A stretch of 64,000 bases of DNA from Pedosphaera sp. Lineage in GTDB: Bacteria; Verrucomicrobiota; Verrucomicrobiia; Limisphaerales; SIBH01. A program made the position numbers and the translations under genes. Location of the stretch: NCBI GenBank assembly GCA_031414955.1, contig JANOQV010000184.1:32001-96000 (forward strand), in the 5' to 3' direction. The notes beneath the pieces were generated by a model. It was not told the origin of the DNA and made no database searches. It saw only the letters and a program-made list of their open reading frames with translations. Shown piece by piece: positions 9,376 to 18,854 of this stretch; the stretch's first letter is position 1; every line of letters starts with the position of its first letter.

Positions 9376-10776
9376 GGCAGCACATTGATCCCAACGGATA
9401 TTTGCCATTGTATCTCTGCCTCTCTGCGCCTCTGCGTCTCTGCGCTTATTCTTCTCGTCACTTGCACGGGGTTTTCTGCGGAACGCGTCGGCCCCGTGCC
9501 CGATTCACTCCGGCGAGACGCCAAACTTGCCGCGTTCTACCAAAAGCACATCGACCTCGACGGCTTCCCCGTCCTCGGCTCCTCGAATGTCTCCGATTAT
9601 GCGATGCTGGAGTCGGCGTGGGTCATTCGCCAGATGCTCACGAATCGCGCGGATATTCTCCGCGCGCTCGCCACGAACGGCGCGCGGCTCGTCGTCATGG
9701 CGCACAACGAATACACGACCGACATCCCGGAACAGGCCAACATGACGCCGAAGGTGTATTGGGACCGCCGCGCGCGCGGATTGGGCGGACGAATTGCGAG
9801 TTGCGCGGAGGAGAACATGCTGTCCTTCTCCGGCGATCCGTATTCGACCGAGAACATTTTGGTGCATGAATTCTCGCACGTCATTCACGGCGTGGCCTTG
9901 CGCGCCTTGGACAAGACGTTTGATCGCCGGCTGCGCGAGGCGTTCAGGAGCGCGACCAACAGCGGCAAGTGGAAAGGAACTTACGCCGCCACCAATCCCG
10001 GGGAGTATTGGGCCGAGGGCGTGCAGAGTTGGTTCGACAACAACCGCCAGAACGACGCGCTGCACAACCATGTGGATACGCGCCCGGAACTGAAAGAATA
10101 CGATCCCGCGCTCGCTGCGCTGTGCGCCGAGGTGTTCGGCGAAATTCCCTGGCGTTACCAGAAGCCCGCCGCGCGGGCTGCGGCCGGTCGCGCGCATCTC
10201 GCCGGCTACGACGCCAGCAAGGCGCCACGGTTCCAGTGGCGTACGCCGCCGGTCTCGGAGAAGCCGCGCGTCTCCATCGAGACCGCGCTGGGCGTGATCG
10301 AGGTCGAACTGGATGCGAAAGCCGCGCCGCACACGGTCACAAATTTTCTGCGCTACGTGCAGGCCGGCCTCTACAACGACGGTGAGTTTCATCGCACGGT
10401 CACGGCGACGAACCAGCCGACGAACGCGTTGAAGATTGCCGTGATTCAAGCCTCGGCAAATCCCGCGAAGACGAACGAGTTCTTCCCGCCCATCCTGATC
10501 GAACGCACGCGCGACACCGGCCTGAAACATCGCGAAGGCACCATCTCCATGGCCCGCGCGGAACCCAACAGCGCACAGGATCATTTCTTCATCTGCTTCG
10601 GCGACCAGCCGGAACTGGACTTCGGGGGCCAACGCAATCCCGACGGTCAGGGCTTCGCGGCCTTCGGCAAAGTGGTGAAAGGCATGGACGTGGTGCGGAA
10701 GATTCACGCCGCGCCGGCAGATGTGCAATCGCTCAAGCCTGCGGTGAGGATTCAACGAGCACTGCGGACTAACTGA
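9241..10776 (+). CDS. Secreted HExxH zincin-like domain fused to a cyclophilin-type peptidyl-prolyl isomerase; start uncertain (9241, TTG 9385, or ancestral 8656)
   Basis: HEFSH and EYWAE in the N-terminal half, paralogous to 1671..3242. C-terminal APHTVTNFL, GEFHR, GTISMAR, FFIC and GFAAFGKVVKGMDVV are cyclophilin motifs. Confidence 0.85.
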   Translation: MRTIRRRFQRRTGSGSTPPGLIPSFTRSPPVTPRAIHVEALRASGGSTLIPTDICHCISASLRLCVSALILLVTCTGFSAERVGPVPDSLRRDAKLAAFYQKHIDLDGFPVLGSSNVSDYAMLESAWVIRQMLTNRADILRALATNGARLVVMAHNEYTTDIPEQANMTPKVYWDRRARGLGGRIASCAEENMLSFSGDPYSTENILVHEFSHVIHGVALRALDKTFDRRLREAFRSATNSGKWKGTYAATNPGEYWAEGVQSWFDNNRQNDALHNHVDTRPELKEYDPALAALCAEVFGEIPWRYQKPAARAAAGRAHLAGYDASKAPRFQWRTPPVSEKPRVSIETALGVIEVELDAKAAPHTVTNFLRYVQAGLYNDGEFHRTVTATNQPTNALKIAVIQASANPAKTNEFFPPILIERTRDTGLKHREGTISMARAEPNSAQDHFFICFGDQPELDFGGQRNPDGQGFAAFGKVVKGMDVVRKIHAAPADVQSLKPAVRIQRALRTN

Positions 10777-10782
10777 TATTTC

Positions 10783-11703
10783 ATGAGACGTATCCAAATC
10801 ATTGATTCCCACACCGGCGGCGAACCGACGCGCGTCGTCATCAGCGGCGGGCCAGACTTGGGCAACGGCCCCATCGCTGAGCGCGTGCAGTTGTTCCGCG
10901 AGAAACACGACCTCTTTCGCTCGGCCATCGTGAATGAGCCGCGCGGCTCGGATGTGATCGTCGGCGCGCTGCTGGTTCCTCCGACTGACGCTTCGTGCGT
11001 CACGGGCGTCATCTTCTTCAACAACGTCGGGCCGCTGCAAATGTGCGGGCACGGGAGCATCGGACTGGTGGTCACGCTCGCGCATCTCGGACGAATCAAA
11101 CCGGGCGCGCATCGCATCGAGACGTGCGTGGGCGTGGTCACGGCCACGTTGCATGATGACGGCTCGGTGTCCGTCGAGAATGTGCCGAGCTATCGCAAGG
11201 CCAAGGGTGTGAATGTGGACGTGCCTGGCGTCGGCAAAATCACCGGTGACTTGGCGTGGGGCGGCAACTGGTTCTTCCTCGTCGAGCAACACGGCCAGTC
11301 GTTGGCGTTGAGCAATGTCGAGAAGCTCACGGAACTCTCGTGGGCGATTCGTCAGGCGGTGAATGCGCAGGGCTATCCCGAAGTGGATCACGTCGAGTTG
11401 TTCGGCCCGCCGCAGTTGCCCGGCGGGCACTCGCGCAACTTCGTCCTCTGTCCCGGCAAGGCCTACGACCGTTCGCCGTGCGGCACCGGCACCAGCGCGA
11501 AGCTCGCGTGTCTCGCCGCCGACGGAAAACTCGCTGAGGATGAGACGTGGGTGCAGGAGAGCGTCCTCGGCAGCGCCTTCACCGGACGCTTTCGCCGCGC
11601 GGGCGAGCAGATCATTCCCATCATCACCGGCACGGCGTTCGTGAACAGCGAGGCCACGCTGCTGCTTGATGAGAACGATCCTTTCTGCTGGGGCATCCAC
11701 TGA
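10783..11703 (+). CDS. Proline racemase family, probable 4-hydroxyproline 2-epimerase
   Basis: [15 protein letters not shown] and DRSPCGTGT; both catalytic Cys are present. Confidence 0.92.
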   Translation: MRRIQIIDSHTGGEPTRVVISGGPDLGNGPIAERVQLFREKHDLFRSAIVNEPRGSDVIVGALLVPPTDASCVTGVIFFNNVGPLQMCGHGSIGLVVTLAHLGRIKPGAHRIETCVGVVTATLHDDGSVSVENVPSYRKAKGVNVDVPGVGKITGDLAWGGNWFFLVEQHGQSLALSNVEKLTELSWAIRQAVNAQGYPEVDHVELFGPPQLPGGHSRNFVLCPGKAYDRSPCGTGTSAKLACLAADGKLAEDETWVQESVLGSAFTGRFRRAGEQIIPIITGTAFVNSEATLLLDENDPFCWGIH

Positions 11704-11739
11704 GTCACGGAAGACGCTGAACCTGAATAGAAAACACTT

Positions 11740-13155
11740 ATGCGAAACAACTGCCGACTCCTCCTGCTTTCGAGTCTTCTGTGTCTTCCGTGGTTCCTCT
11801 CCGCCGCCACGCCCAACATTGTCATCATCCTCGCGGACGACCTCGGCTACGGCGATCTGGGTTGCTACGGCAGTCCGAACATCCGCACGCCGAATCTGGA
11901 TCGCATGGCGGCGGAGGGGATGCGCTTCACGCAGTTTTTTTCCGCAGCGGAAGTCTGCACGCCCAGCCGTGCGGCGCTGCTCACGGGGCGCTATCCGATT
12001 CGGAGCGGCATGTGCCACGACCAGTTCCGCGTCATCCGCAACATCTCCACGGGAGGTTTGCCGGCGGAAGAAATCACGCTGCCCGAGGCGCTCAAGGCGC
12101 GAGGCTACGCCACGGCCGCCATTGGCAAATGGCATCTCGGAAACTGGGCCATCAACCCGGCGTATCATCCGCGCAAGCATGGCTTTGATTATTACTTCGG
12201 CCTGCCGCACTCGAACGACATGAACCCGACCAACGCGCCGCCGGCCGCAACCTCGCGTCTCGACCAGAATCCGGCGTGGTGGAACGCACCTCTCTATCGC
12301 AACGAGGAACTCATCGAGCGCCCGACCGACCAGACGCAGCTGACGCGGCGTTATACCGAGGAGGCGGTAAAATTCATTGGGGAGAACAAAACCAAACCGT
12401 TCTTTCTCTACCTGCCGCACAGTTTTCCGCACGTCCCGCTTTTTGCTTCGGAAAAGTTCCGCGGCAAGAGTCCGCGCGGACTCTACGGCCACGTGGTGGA
12501 GGAACTCGACTGGAGCGTGGGCGAAGTGCTCCAGGCGCTGCGAGCCAGCGGCATCGCCAGCAACACGCTGGTCTTCTTCACCAGCGACAACGGGCCGTGG
12601 CTCATCATGCGCGAGGCAGGCGGATCGGCGGGGCCGTTGCGCGATGGCAAGGGTTCAACCTGGGACGGCGGCATGAGGGTGCCGGGCCTGGCCTGGATGC
12701 CGGGCCGCATCGCCGCCGGCCAGGTGCAGCGGGAGTTCGCCTGCATGATGGATCTGTTCACCACGTCGGTGAAACTGGCCGGGGCGGACCAGCCGGCGGA
12801 CCGGGCCATCGACGGCGCGGACATCGCGCCGCTGTTATTTGGTCCGGGCACAATGAAACGCGAGGAACCATTCATCTTCTATCGCGGCATGACGCTTTAT
12901 GCAGTGCGCCTGGGGGACTGGAAGGCAAACTTCATCACCCGCACCGGCTACGGTCCCGAGAAGCCGCAGACCAATTCGCCGCCGCTCCTCTTCAACGTGA
13001 CGCAGGACGAAGGGGAGCGTTTCAATGTGGCGAGCAATCATGTGGAGGTCATCGCGCAGATCGAACAGGCGGTGGAGAATCATCGCGCGACAATTGTGCC
13101 GGTAAAAAATCAACTGGCGGATCCGCCCGCGCCGGTGGCGAGGAAGCAGCCATGA
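11740..13155 (+). CDS. Secreted arylsulfatase-like sulfatase (S1)
   Basis: PNIVIILADDLGYGD, CTPSRAALLTGR, GKWHLG and FTSDNG motifs. Confidence 0.93.
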   Translation: MRNNCRLLLLSSLLCLPWFLSAATPNIVIILADDLGYGDLGCYGSPNIRTPNLDRMAAEGMRFTQFFSAAEVCTPSRAALLTGRYPIRSGMCHDQFRVIRNISTGGLPAEEITLPEALKARGYATAAIGKWHLGNWAINPAYHPRKHGFDYYFGLPHSNDMNPTNAPPAATSRLDQNPAWWNAPLYRNEELIERPTDQTQLTRRYTEEAVKFIGENKTKPFFLYLPHSFPHVPLFASEKFRGKSPRGLYGHVVEELDWSVGEVLQALRASGIASNTLVFFTSDNGPWLIMREAGGSAGPLRDGKGSTWDGGMRVPGLAWMPGRIAAGQVQREFACMMDLFTTSVKLAGADQPADRAIDGADIAPLLFGPGTMKREEPFIFYRGMTLYAVRLGDWKANFITRTGYGPEKPQTNSPPLLFNVTQDEGERFNVASNHVEVIAQIEQAVENHRATIVPVKNQLADPPAPVARKQP

Positions 13156-14123
13156 TGATCCAAGATCCAAGATCCAAGATCCAGAGAAGCTCCAAGCTCC
13201 AAGCTCCAACCCTGGGCGGGCGCTCCCGGAAGTTTTGGCGCCTGGTGTTTGGTGTTTGGATCTTCTCTGGATCTTGGATCTTGGATCTTGGTGCTTATGC
13301 CGCCGATCCTGCCGAGCGTGCCACCAACGACTTCGTGTTCATTGACAACAGCGAACTGCGCCTGGGTGTGAAGAAATCTTCGGGTGCCGGGATTGCATAT
13401 CTCGCGTTAAGTGGCACCGGCGAGAACGTCATCAACCACTGGGATCGCGGACGGCTGGTGCAACAGTCGTACTACGGCGCGAAGGACGATTCCCTCTGGA
13501 ACAAGCAGCCGTGGCGTTGGAACCCGGTGCAGGGCGGCGACTGGCAGGGCAATCCGGCGCGGGTGCTGGAGTTCAACGCGAAGCGCGATTCGCTCTACGC
13601 GAAGTCGATGGGCAAGCACTGGGCCTCGGGCGCGGATTTACCGGAAGTGATTTTTGAGGAATGGATTTCGCTCACCGGCCAGGTCGCCCATGTGAAGTTC
13701 CGCATGACTTACACCGGCACCAACTCCCACCCGAAAGTTCCGCACGAGCTGCCGGCCGTGTTCATCGAACCACAGTTCGACACGCTACTGGTTTATCAAG
13801 GCACGAATGTCTGGAGCGGCGAGACGGTGCACCGCTCAAAGCCCGGTTGGCCGAACGAGTCACGCAAGATGACCGAGCACTGGGCGGCTTACGTGAACAC
13901 CAACGACTTCGGCGTGGGCGCGCTGGTGCCAGTCGCGGATACGCTGACGTGCTACCGGTTCGGTGACGGCCAGCGCGAGCACGGCTCGTGCTCCTACTTT
14001 GCGCCCGTCAAGAGCTTCGCCATCACACCGGGAATGAAGTTCGAGTATGACGTGTGGCTGACCATTGGCTCGGCGGACGCCATTCGCGCGCGGTTTTCCG
14101 CAATCCATTCCGCGCTCAAATGA
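13152..14123 (+). CDS. Conserved-looking secreted hypothetical protein; its N-terminus is encoded by a heptamer inverted-repeat element
   Basis: ATGA overlaps at both ends; beta-rich sequence with WNPVQGGD and HELPAVF. Confidence 0.75.
   Translation: MMIQDPRSKIQRSSKLQAPTLGGRSRKFWRLVFGVWIFSGSWILDLGAYAADPAERATNDFVFIDNSELRLGVKKSSGAGIAYLALSGTGENVINHWDRGRLVQQSYYGAKDDSLWNKQPWRWNPVQGGDWQGNPARVLEFNAKRDSLYAKSMGKHWASGADLPEVIFEEWISLTGQVAHVKFRMTYTGTNSHPKVPHELPAVFIEPQFDTLLVYQGTNVWSGETVHRSKPGWPNESRKMTEHWAAYVNTNDFGVGALVPVADTLTCYRFGDGQREHGSCSYFAPVKSFAITPGMKFEYDVWLTIGSADAIRARFSAIHSALK
13157..13295. repeat. Heptamer-based inverted repeat (gatccaa)n...(ttggatc)n
   Basis: gatccaagatccaagatccaagatccagagaagctcc at the left pairs with ggatcttctctggatcttggatcttggatcttgg at the right. 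Confidence 0.9.
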
Positions 14124-15382
14124 GTTCTGATTCTAAATCCATCCTCATCATCGGCGGCGGAGTCATTGGCCTTTCCACCGCGTACTACTGCGCCAAGCGA
14201 GGGCATCGCGTCACGCTCATGGACCGCAATCCCGAGCAGCGCGACGGCTGTTCATTCGGCAATGCGGGCATGGTGGTGCCGAGTCATTTCATGCCGCTGG
14301 CCGCGCCCGGTGCGGTGCGCACCGCGCTCAAGTGGATGTGGAATCCCGAGTCGCCGCTCTACATCAAGCCGCGCCTGAACTGGGAGCTGATGTCGTGGGG
14401 TTGGAAGTTCATGCGCGCAGCAAATGCCGCGCATGTACGGCGCAGCGCGCCGTTGATTCGCGATTTGAGTTTCGCCAGCCGCGATTGCTTCGAGGAACTC
14501 GCCGCACTGCCGGACAACGATTTCGGCCTGGTGAAAAAGGGCCTGATCATGCTCTGCCAGACCCAGCATGGACTGGACGACGAGGCGAAGTATGCCGCGC
14601 AAGCCAATCACCTCGGCGTGCCCGCCGAGGTGCTGGACGCGAAGAGCCTCGCGAAGCTGGACCCGGACGTGACCATGAATGCCGTCGGGGGCGTTTATTT
14701 CCCCAAGGATTGTCACCTGTCTCCCGGTCGTTTCATGGCCGGGCTGAAGCGGCAGCTTGATCAACTCGGCGCCAAGTTTTCCTGGAACACCGAGGCGACC
14801 GGTTGCACGCAGCAGGCGGGGCGGGTCACGTCGGTTCAAACCACTCACGGCGAGTTCGCCGCTGATGAAATTATACTCTCCAGCGGTTCCTGGTCTCCCG
14901 TCTTGGCGCGAGAACTGGGCCTCAAGCTCCCGATGCAAGCCGGCAAAGGCTACAGCCTCACGCTCACGAAACCGCGCGAGTTGCCACAGCTTTGCTCCAT
15001 CCTCACCGAGGCACGCGTGGCGGTGACGCCGATGGGCGACACCTTGCGCTTTGGCGGCACGATGGAAATCGCCGGGCTGAACGAGGACATCAATCCCGTG
15101 CGCGTGCGGGGCATCATCAAGGCGGTGGTGAAATACTTTCCGAAGTTCACGCCGAATGACTTCGCCGGCATCCAGCCGTGGCGCGGCTTGCGGCCATGCT
15201 CGCCGGACGGGATGCCGTATCTCGGGCGCACCGCGAAGTTCTCGAACCTCACCATCGCCACAGGACACGCGATGATGGGGCTGAGTCTCGGGCCGATCAC
15301 GGGAAAGCTCGTCAGCGAAATCCTGAGTGGAGCAAAACCGGCGCTGAATCTGGCGCTGCTCGATCCGGATCGATACGCGTAG
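14120..15382 (+). CDS. FAD-dependent D-amino acid dehydrogenase, probable D-hydroxyproline dehydrogenase
   Basis: IIGGGVIG, CSFGNAG, GKGYS, WRGLRPCSPDG and GHAMMG motifs; gene context. Confidence 0.88.
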   Translation: MSSDSKSILIIGGGVIGLSTAYYCAKRGHRVTLMDRNPEQRDGCSFGNAGMVVPSHFMPLAAPGAVRTALKWMWNPESPLYIKPRLNWELMSWGWKFMRAANAAHVRRSAPLIRDLSFASRDCFEELAALPDNDFGLVKKGLIMLCQTQHGLDDEAKYAAQANHLGVPAEVLDAKSLAKLDPDVTMNAVGGVYFPKDCHLSPGRFMAGLKRQLDQLGAKFSWNTEATGCTQQAGRVTSVQTTHGEFAADEIILSSGSWSPVLARELGLKLPMQAGKGYSLTLTKPRELPQLCSILTEARVAVTPMGDTLRFGGTMEIAGLNEDINPVRVRGIIKAVVKYFPKFTPNDFAGIQPWRGLRPCSPDGMPYLGRTAKFSNLTIATGHAMMGLSLGPITGKLVSEILSGAKPALNLALLDPDRYA

Positions 15383-15575
15383 GGTCGTTCGTCCCGGTGG
15401 CTGGTCGGACATCGCACTGGCTGGAATTCAGCGCGCGGTTTGGAGTGCGGTTTGAAATTCTGGACGCATCAAGCCAAGCACCACGGCTGAACGAAGAAAT
15501 AAGAACGAGGTGCATTTGACCCGGATTTGGCTTCCAGCATCGACTCCACTCAAAAAGGTCTGGCGCGAAAATTCA

Positions 15576-18500
15576 CTATTCGTAACTGCGCAAATACTTT
15601 CGAACTTTCTCAATGACCTTGGTCCGACCGGTCACAATACTGTCGAAATACTTCGGGCGCTCCTGGCTGAGCCGTTCGTAATTTGCCTTCAGATTGTCCA
15701 GGCGTTTTTCCTCGGCCGTAATGAAGGCGGAGGGCAACGATTCCTGCTTGCGGGTTGGCACCCCAGCTCCGAGTACGGCGGAGTTTGGAATGGCAGAAAT
15801 CTCGCTCCTCGCGTCGTAGGTTATGGCCATCTGAACCAGCACCCTATCGTATCGTTCCAGATCGAGCAGGAGGATTTTCATGGGATCCTTATCCGCCAGC
15901 CACTGGGAGTAACCAAGCAACGGAGCCTTGCTGGCGGCCCCTTCCGGGAGATCGCGCATCGCCTGCTGCATCCCGACCCAATTGTTGGCCGTCATCAACC
16001 GCTCCAGACCAGTGCTGGATGATTCCCGGATGGTTTTTGCCTCGGGCGAGGATTCCCGGAGTTGCAAGGCCTCCCCGGAACGAAATAAAGCCAGCGCCAG
16101 CTTTCCTTCGCCGGATGCTTTGGTGGCCGAGGTCACGGCCGCCTTGTAGTCAGCCTCCAGTTTGGCCATGTCCGCCAATTGTTTGAGCGCCTGCTCCTCG
16201 ATTCCCTTGGCGGTCGGATCACCGGGCTTCAAGAGCAGCGCCTGCTTGGCTTTCGTATCCGCGTCCGCGTATTGCTTCTTGGTGAGGGATGCCTGCGCGG
16301 CGGCCAATGCCGCCTTGTAGTCGGCCTCCAGTTGGGCCACGGTCGCCAACTGTTTAAGCGCCTTCTCCTCAATTCCCTTGGCAGTCGGATCACCAGGCTT
16401 CAAGAGCAGCGCCTCTTTGGCTTTCGTGTCCGCGTCCGCATATTGCTTCTTGGTGAAGAGACTCTGCGCCGCCGTCACGGCCGCCTTGTAGTCAGCCTCC
16501 AGTTTGGCCATGTCCGCCAATTGTTTGAGCGCCTGCTCCTCGATTCCCTTGGCGGTCGGATCACCGGGCTTCAAGAGCAGCGCCTCCTTGGCTTTCGTAT
16601 CTGCGTCCGCGTATTGCTTCTTGGTGAGGGATGCCTGCGCGGCGGCCAATGCCGCCTTGTAGTCGGCCTCCAGTCGGGCCATGGATGAGAGTTGTCTCAG
16701 CGCCTGCTCCTCAATCCCTTTGGCGGTGCGATCACCCGGTTTCAGAGCCAATGCCTCCTTGGCTTTCGTTTCTGCCTCCGCGTATTGCTTCTTGGTGAGG
16801 AGACTCTGCGCCGCCGTCACGGCCACCTTGTAGTCAGCCTCCAGCCTGGCCATGTCCGCCAATTGTTTGAGCGCCTGCCCCTCGATTCCCTTGGCGGTCG
16901 GATCACCAGGCTTCAAGCGCAGCGCCTGCTTCGCTTTCGTGTCCGCATCCGCGTATTGCTTCTTGGTGAGGAAATCCTGCGCCGCCGTCACGGCCGTCTT
17001 GTAGTCAGTCTCCAACTTGGCCATGGATGCCAACTGGTCCTGTGCCTGCGCGATAATCTTCAGGGCCTGGGGATCGCCGGGCTTCAGTGCCAGCGCTCGC
17101 TTCGCTTTGGCTTCCGCATCCGCGTATTGATTTTGGTTGAAAGCGTTCTGCGCCGCCAGAAGTGTGGCTGCGGCGTCAGTCTCCAGCTTCACCATGGATT
17201 CAATTTGCTTCCGCGCTTGATCGGCAATCCCCTGAGCGGCCTGATCTCCCGGCTTGAGGGCCAGAGCCTGCTTCGCTTTGGTTTCGGCCTCGGTGAATTG
17301 CTTCCGGCCCAAGGAATCCTGCGCTGCCGTCACGGCCACCTTGTAGTCAGCCTCCAGCTTGGCCGTGGCCGCCAATTGCGTCCGCGCCTGAGCCTCAATC
17401 CCCTGGGCGGTGGGATCGCCCGGTTTAAGAGTCAGCGCCTGCTTGGCCTTCGCGTCCGCTTCCGCGTATTGCTTCTGGTTAAAAGCCGTCTGCGCGGCCT
17501 GGAGCAAAATTTGAAGCTTCCTTTCAGCATCACCCATCGCATCCAGTCCAGCCTGGGCCAGTTGCAGAATATTCTTCGCCGACGGATCCTCTGGATTCAA
17601 AGCGAGCAGGTCATTCGCCTTGGCTTTTGCAGTCGCAAATTGCTTGCTGGTGAGCGCATCATTGGCCGCCTTGAGCTGCACCTGAAACTCCGTCTCGAGC
17701 CCGGTCTTCACGATGGAAAGCTTCTGGATTTCCGCAGCGATCCGTTCCTTGACCATGGGGCTTTCGGCCAGCAGCGCCGACGCCTTCGCGACCGCAGCCA
17801 CGGATGAAGCATAATCCTTGGTCTGGAGTGCATTCTCCGCGCTGCCGACGGCGAGTTGAAACGCATGAATCCGTTTAAGCTCGCGACTCCGGTCAAAGTG
17901 CTGCCACCCCCACCAGGCGCTGCCGCCCACCACTCCCAGGGCCACAATGACCGCCGCCATCTTGAGCCACGGGAGACCCTCCTTGGGACTGAGTTGGTCG
18001 AGCTGTTGCCCGAGAGACTCAAGGGTCAAGCCCGATTGCCAGAGGTTAGGATCCAGCAGTTGGTTGCCAAGTTTCAGCCACGCCGGGGTCGCGTCTCCAT
18101 AAACTGTCGTCCAGTCGCTGCTGGTCTCGATAGGCCAGTGTTCCGCGCCCGAAACATCCCCGCGCCGCCGCACGAGCTGGTAGAGCAATTCGCCAATCGC
18201 GCGCAGATCGGCCACTTCCAGATTGGTGACATGCTCGGTCTTGCTGGCGAAAGGATCCGATAACGCCACGGAGGCGATCTCCAGCCGGCGCTGACCGCCC
18301 AAGAGGACGTTGGAAGGCTTGATGTTGCCGTGAGACTCGCCGGTATGGGCTTTATATTCGAGCGCTCCACGCAGGACAGAGTGAATGATGTGATGCAGTG
18401 CCTCGCAGGTGAGCGTGACATGGCCTTCGATCAATTTCTGCGCCGTGCGAGGATAATAATCAGTGGCAAACCAGGGACCCTGCTCGCAGGTGCCGCCGTC

Positions 18501-18764
18501 GTGAACGGCGGCCACATGACGGGAGCCAGCCGCATGGGCGCGTTTTTGGCGAGTGGTGGAGGCGAGGAAATCCCAAACCCGGTGCGAGGCTGCCTCCCGG
18601 TCCTTTTCCGACTGCCATTCGCTGTCAATCCCTGCTCCGGCCGTACAGAGCTTGACGGCGAAGCGCGGCTTGCCGGCGTCACCGGCGGCATCCACCGCGA
18701 GGAAGATGGTCGCGGTGGAACCGGAGACCAACTCCCTGACTGTCTTGTAAGCGCCACACTGCAT
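15576..18764 (-). CDS. Pseudokinase-like N-terminal domain, one TM helix, and TPR-like 57-aa tandem repeats
   Basis: FAVK and HGNIKPSNVLL (Asp replaced by Asn), no DFG; TM segment MAAVIVALGVVGGSAWWGW; eight KPGD-containing 57-aa units plus degenerate flanking units. Confidence 0.85.
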   Translation of the reverse strand: MQCGAYKTVRELVSGSTATIFLAVDAAGDAGKPRFAVKLCTAGAGIDSEWQSEKDREAASHRVWDFLASTTRQKRAHAAGSRHVAAVHDGGTCEQGPWFATDYYPRTAQKLIEGHVTLTCEALHHIIHSVLRGALEYKAHTGESHGNIKPSNVLLGGQRRLEIASVALSDPFASKTEHVTNLEVADLRAIGELLYQLVRRRGDVSGAEHWPIETSSDWTTVYGDATPAWLKLGNQLLDPNLWQSGLTLESLGQQLDQLSPKEGLPWLKMAAVIVALGVVGGSAWWGWQHFDRSRELKRIHAFQLAVGSAENALQTKDYASSVAAVAKASALLAESPMVKERIAAEIQKLSIVKTGLETEFQVQLKAANDALTSKQFATAKAKANDLLALNPEDPSAKNILQLAQAGLDAMGDAERKLQILLQAAQTAFNQKQYAEADAKAKQALTLKPGDPTAQGIEAQARTQLAATAKLEADYKVAVTAAQDSLGRKQFTEAETKAKQALALKPGDQAAQGIADQARKQIESMVKLETDAAATLLAAQNAFNQNQYADAEAKAKRALALKPGDPQALKIIAQAQDQLASMAKLETDYKTAVTAAQDFLTKKQYADADTKAKQALRLKPGDPTAKGIEGQALKQLADMARLEADYKVAVTAAQSLLTKKQYAEAETKAKEALALKPGDRTAKGIEEQALRQLSSMARLEADYKAALAAAQASLTKKQYADADTKAKEALLLKPGDPTAKGIEEQALKQLADMAKLEADYKAAVTAAQSLFTKKQYADADTKAKEALLLKPGDPTAKGIEEKALKQLATVAQLEADYKAALAAAQASLTKKQYADADTKAKQALLLKPGDPTAKGIEEQALKQLADMAKLEADYKAAVTSATKASGEGKLALALFRSGEALQLRESSPEAKTIRESSSTGLERLMTANNWVGMQQAMRDLPEGAASKAPLLGYSQWLADKDPMKILLLDLERYDRVLVQMAITYDARSEISAIPNSAVLGAGVPTRKQESLPSAFITAEEKRLDNLKANYERLSQERPKYFDSIVTGRTKVIEKVRKYLRSYE
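16090..17690 (-). repeat. Intragenic 171-bp tandem repeat array
   Basis: 57-aa period. 16141-16332 is nearly identical to 16483-16674 (offset 342 bp, two units). Confidence 0.9.
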
Positions 18765-18854
18765 GGCTGAATTTCAACACACCATCCCCGCCTTTCCCAG
18801 CCGGAGAAAACCGTGATTTCTACTGGAGCTGGGCTCGGGGAATCATCGACCCGC

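Noticed and set aside
9244..9400. tnpB or guide RNA downstream of tnpA
   Set aside because: No RuvC or zinc-finger ORF follows; the downstream sequence is the mirror of the left arm.
1653..12492. Long antisense ORFs (for example 1653..3326, 3651..5360, 5158..7140, 9505..12492)
   Set aside because: They are shadows of motif-bearing plus-strand genes in high-GC DNA and carry no recognisable motifs.
16090..17690. Tandem repeats as a possible CRISPR array
   Set aside because: The 171-bp in-frame coding repeats have no unique spacers, and there are no cas genes.
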